From Planktothrix sp. GU0601_MAG3 (GTDB lineage: Bacteria > Cyanobacteriota > Cyanobacteriia > Cyanobacteriales > Microcoleaceae), in assembly GCA_035193785.1 (NCBI GenBank), contig CP136572.1:416001-480000 (forward strand): a DNA stretch of 64,000 nt. The letters run 5' to 3'. The translations under genes and the position numbers were made by a program. Each line of letters starts with the position of its first letter. Position 1 is the stretch's first letter. This document shows, in pieces, positions 59,436-64,000 of this stretch. The notes beneath the pieces were generated by a model. That model did not search any database and was not told the DNA's origin. It saw nothing but the letters and a program-made list of their open reading frames with translations.

Positions 59436-59940
59436 TTGAACCAATCTATCAATCTGCCGAAAGTAGATGACTTTTTAGAAGAATTGGCAGCCATTCAACA
59501 AACTGGCTCCAAGCGTGTTGCTTTGTTGGGTTCCCGCCATATTCCCCTAACCCATCAAAACTTGATCGAGATGATGAGTTACGCCCTAGTTTTAGAAGGG
59601 AATCATTTGATTACCTCCGGTTCAACGGGAACAAACGCGGCGGCCATTCGAGGCGCGATGAAGGCTAACCCCAACCTGTTGACGGTGATTTTGCCCCAAA
59701 GCATGAAACGTCAGCCCAGGGAGTCTCGCCAGCAGTTGGAAACAGGTGATTCATGTTGTAGAAAATCCCAAGGGTGACGATTTATCCTTAGCCGAAGCTA
59801 GTGGATTTTGCAACCAGGAGATTATTTCTCGGTGTCAACAGTTGATCTGTTTTGCCTACCATGATAGTGTCACCCTCCTAAGTACCTGTGAGGAAGCGGA
59901 AAATCAGCGCAAAATTGTGACCCTGTTCTATTTGGATTAG
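59436..59940 (+). CDS. Small SLOG/DprA-like protein (apparent frameshift at 59739)
   Basis: ALLGSRH, ITSG.TGTNAAAIRGA. Confidence 0.75.
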
Positions 59941-60029
59941 TACCAATGTTGAATCAGTCACCCGTACAGACGCGCTCTTGGCACGTCTCTACGCTGATAA
60001 ATTTTTTTATTAAATAATTGCAATTGACT

Positions 60030-60521
60030 ATGGCTTCTACTTATTCATTTGATATTGTTAGTGATTTTGATCGACAGGAATTAGTCAATGCGGTGGATCA
60101 AACCGAACGGGAAATTAAAAGCCGTTATGATTTGAAAGATACTAAGACTACCCTGGAATTGGGGGAAACGGCGATTATTGTTAATACCGATAGTGAGTTT
60201 ACCCTAGATGCCATTCATACAATTTTGCAAACTAAATCTGCTAAACGGAATCTTTCTTTAAAGATTTTTGATTATGGAAAAGTGGAATCTGCTAGTGGTA
60301 ATCGAGTTAGACAGGAAATTAAACTGAGAAAAGGTTTAACCCAAGAAGTATCAAAACAAATCACTAAACTGATTAAGGATGAATTTAAAAAATTACAAGC
60401 CTCTATTCAGGGGGATTCTGTTAGGATTTCAGCTAAATCTAAAGATGACTTACAATTAGTAATTCAGCGTCTAAAAGAAGAAGATTATCCGGCGGCATTA
60501 CAGTTTACAAACTATAGGTAA
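60030..60521 (+). CDS. yajQ: YajQ family nucleotide (c-di-GMP)-binding protein
   Basis: SFDIVS, RYDLK, IQGDSVR, LQFTNYR. Confidence 0.93.
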   Translation: MASTYSFDIVSDFDRQELVNAVDQTEREIKSRYDLKDTKTTLELGETAIIVNTDSEFTLDAIHTILQTKSAKRNLSLKIFDYGKVESASGNRVRQEIKLRKGLTQEVSKQITKLIKDEFKKLQASIQGDSVRISAKSKDDLQLVIQRLKEEDYPAALQFTNYR

Positions 60522-60549
60522 AACACCCAAACTTATCTTTGATTTTTGA

Positions 60550-60582
60550 TTGACAGTCCACTACCTAAAGGCTAGTGGATTC
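60550..60582 (-). mobile_element. Isolated IS200/IS605-type right-end hairpin
   Basis: Minus strand GAATCCACTAGCCTTTAGGTAGTGGACTGTCAA. Confidence 0.55.
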
Positions 60583-60992
60583 TTAGTTTATTCTATTTCA
60601 ATTAGGACAATTAGTTTCTAACCAACTGGATAAATTACCTACACTAGAAAAATCAAAAATAGCTTCAGCCAAAGCTGATAAATGCTCCGATGATAGCTGT
60701 GATAAACTATCTTCTATTGATTGATTTAGTTCACCTAATTGCCGTTGCAATAGGCGTTTAATCAGATTTATTTGACCTCGACTTTTTTTATGATTCCTTT
60801 AAAATCACCCAGAGAAATATAAAGATTTGCAAAATTTTTTTTTTGAATGACTGATAATCGAAAATAAACTTGTTAAGTTAGTGAAGTCAACATTATCGTC
60901 TGTCATCTGTCCAGAGGCATAAATATCGCCTGCTAAATTAAGTCAGGCGACAGACTCAAAAAAAAACCATTTCAGCAGGATTCACCAAGCCA

Positions 60993-63915
60993 ATGAAAAC
61001 TCTAACTCAAATTAACCACACCTCCGAAAAAAATTTTTTGACTGGGAATTTTTTGAGCCAAAATCCCAAGTCAATGGTGATCCTTGACCCCACCATACCC
61101 GATAGTAATCATATAGTCCAAGGCATCAAACCCGGCACGGAAACCTATATCCTCGAAAGCCAGCCTAATGCCATAGAACAAATTACCACAATCCTAGCTC
61201 AACATACAGGCATCGAAGCCCTACACATCATCTCCCACGGTAGTCCGGGCAACCTGTACTTAGGGACAACAGAACTAAATAGCAGCAACATCGAAAACTA
61301 CAGCCAACAGTTGCAACAATGGCGAAACGCCCTCACACCCCATGCCAGCATCATCTTATATGGATGCAACGTAGCCGAGGGGGACTCCGGTAGCCAATTC
61401 CTAACTCAACTTTACCAACTGACAGGAGCCAACATCGCGGCTAACCCCCAACCTACAGGGAATGGAGAAAAAGGCGGCACCTGGAACATCCGCCACCTCA
61501 TCCCCCCATCCCCCCAAAAGCCTGAACTCGCCCTCACCGAAACCAGCCTCAAAACCTACAACGGTGTACTAGGCTTCGCCCCCAAAGTTGACTTCACCAC
61601 TGGCACTCAGCCCTACTCCGTCAGCATCGGCGACATCAACGGCGACGGCAAACCCGACTTAGCTGTGGCGAACGCGGGCAGCAACACCGCCTCAATCCTG
61701 CTCAACACCACCGCCACGGGAGCCGCCACCCCCACCTTCGCCACCAAAGTTGACTTCCCCACTGGCACTCGCCCCTACTCCGTCAGCATGGGAGACATCA
61801 ACGGCGACGGCAAACCCGACTTAGCTGTGGCGAAACGCGAACAGCAACAGCGCCTCCATCCTGCTCAACACCACCGCCACGGGAGCCGCCACCCCCACCT
61901 TCGCCACCAAAGTTGACTTCACCACTGGCTCTGCCCCCCGCTCCGTCAGCATCGGCGACATCAACGGCGACGGCAAACCTGACTTAGCTGTGGCGAACTT
62001 TAGCGGTAGCAGCGCCTCCATCTTCCTCAACACCACCGCCACCAACGCCACCACCCCCACCTTTGCCACCAAAGTTGACTTCTCCACTGGTAGTTTCCCC
62101 GGCTCCGTCAGCATGGGCGACATCAACGGCGACGGGAAACCTGACTTAGCTGTGGCGAACTACGTCAGCGCCAGCGCCTCCATCCTGCTGAACACCACCG
62201 CCACGGGAGCCACCACCCCCACCTTCGCCACCAAAGTTGGCTTCACTACTGGCAGTGGCCCCTACTCCGTCAGCATGGGCGACATCAACGGCGACGGGAA
62301 ACCCGACTTAGCTGTGGCGAACTTTAGCGGCAGCAGCAACAGTGCCTCCATCCTGCTGAACACCACCGCCACGGGAGCCACCACCCCCACCTTTGCCACC
62401 AAAGTTGACTTCCCCACTGGTACTAACCCCCAATCCGTCAGCATCGGCGACATCAACGGCGACGGGAAACCCGACTTAGCAACGGCGAACTTTAGCAGCA
62501 ACACCACCTCCATCCTGCTGAACACCACCGCCACGGGAGCCACCACCCCCACCTTCGCCACCAAAGCTGACTTCACCACTGGCACTAACCCCTTCTCCGT
62601 CAGCATCGGCGACATCAACGGCGACGGCAAACCCGACTTAGCAACGGCGAACCGCAACGGTAGCAGCGCCTCCATCCTGCTGAACACCACCCCCAAAGTT
62701 ACTGCTGTCACCGCCACCAATGTTGATGGTAGTTACGGTGTAGGTTCTACTATTGGCATCACCGTCACCTTCGATGGTACTGTCAATGTCACAGGCACAC
62801 CCCAACTGCAATTAGAAACAGGTACAACTGACCAATTTGCCACTTATGCTAGTGGTAGCGGCAGTAATGTACTCACTTTTAACTATGTAGTCCAAGCCGG
62901 AGATACCTCCCTTGACTTAGAATACCTCTCTACAACTGCTCTGGCGCTTAACGGTGGCACAATTCAAGATAATTTGGCTACGAATGCGGATTTAACCCTT
63001 CCCGCTTTAGCCACAGCTAATTCCCTCGGTGGTAGCAAAGCCATAGTTATAGTTTCTGATACCGTTGCACCCACCGTCACTTTAGCATCCCCATCCGCCA
63101 CCACAGTTAACGGTTTATTTACCGTCACTGCCACCTTCAGTGAAGATGTCACAGGATTTGATAATACTGATATCACCGTAGCCAATGCAACTGTCAGTAA
63201 CTTTGCCGCAGTTGATGCTAAAACCTACACCTTTGATGTGACTCCCACTGCTAATGGTAGTGTCACCGTAGATATTCCGGCGGCTACATCTGCTGATACT
63301 GCGGGTAATAATAATATTGCAGCCACTCAATTCACTCGCACTGCTAATATTACAACACCACCCACCGTCTCCGGTTCATCAAATAACGATATTCTCACTG
63401 GTAATGCCACTGGCGACCAAATCAACGGTTTAGCGGGTAGTGATATCCTCTATGGTAATGCCGGAAACGACACCATTGATGGCGGTGATGGTAACGATAT
63501 TGCCTACGGTGGTAAAGATAACGATTTGCTCAACGGTGGCAATGGTAGCGATCGCCTTTATGGGGATGCAGGTAACGATACTGTCAATGGGGATGCGGGT
63601 AACGATGTCCTCTATGGAGGTGACGGTGACGATCTTCTCGATGGGGGTGCGGGTAGCGATCAACTTTATGGTAACGCCGGAATTGATACCTTTATTCTAG
63701 CATCAGGAATGGGTCTCGATTCTATCTACAAGTTTGAAAATGGCATAGACAAAATTCAATTAGACGATTTAACTTTCGCTGATTTACTGATTACCACAAG
63801 TGGTGCTAATACCCTAATTAAAATTGCTACCACGAAAGTTACCATCGCCTCTTTACAGAATATCAATTCCAGCTTAATTGAAGCGACTGATTTTATTTCA
63901 TCTCAGCTAGGCTAG
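60993..63915 (+). CDS. Large surface protein: DUF4347 + 7 FG-GAP repeats + Ig-like domains + RTX Ca-binding repeats (apparent frameshift at 61832)
   Basis: LHIISHG...LYGCNVA; GDINGDGKPDLA x7; GG.G.D.L nonapeptides. Confidence 0.88.
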
Positions 63916-64000
63916 AAAACCGATAACAGTAATTAGTGTAGAGACGTGCCACGGCGCGTCTCTAATACTGATCAGCAAAGAAGAATATTATCCGACTGCG

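Noticed and set aside
61821..63700. Antisense and alternate-frame ORFs over the FG-GAP/RTX gene
   Set aside because: Shadow ORFs produced by repetitive, biased codon usage
708..63915. Mass pseudogenisation or programmed frameshifting in about 25 genes
   Set aside because: Essential genes are hit, there are no in-frame stops or other decay, and nearly all events are the same +1 at one 4-mer; systematic sequencing error fits better
1..64000. tRNA or rRNA genes
   Set aside because: No cloverleaf or rRNA signature recognised by eye

Overview
Chromosomal window from a filamentous, non-heterocystous cyanobacterium, probably Planktothrix-like. This is inferred from psb27/psbM, frequent HIP1 GCGATCGC sites, STRR heptamers and the REP/MITE families. 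Most of it is housekeeping genes (tolC, galT, murA, ald, lipA, mutL, hisH, hisF, rsmD, ffh, tyrS, PBP1A, yajQ, alpha-2-macroglobulin), interspersed with three IS200/IS605 tnpB elements and many small repeats. Main observations: (1) 28 of the 29 frameshifts I could place are the same event, GAAC/GTTC read as GAAAC/GTTTC. This is most likely a motif-specific sequencing error, and GAAC/GTTC is a canonical Dnd DNA-phosphorothioation motif, so the split genes are probably intact. (2) A cytoplasmic WGR + galectin fusion protein has the full beta-galactoside-binding motif. (3) An orphan two-repeat CRISPR-like mini-array with a covarying hairpin has a spacer/repeat junction that forms a sigma70 promoter for a secreted-protein gene. 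(4) An IS605 element sits in the TTTAG loop of another IS605-type right end. All product calls come from reading motifs by eye; no searches were run.
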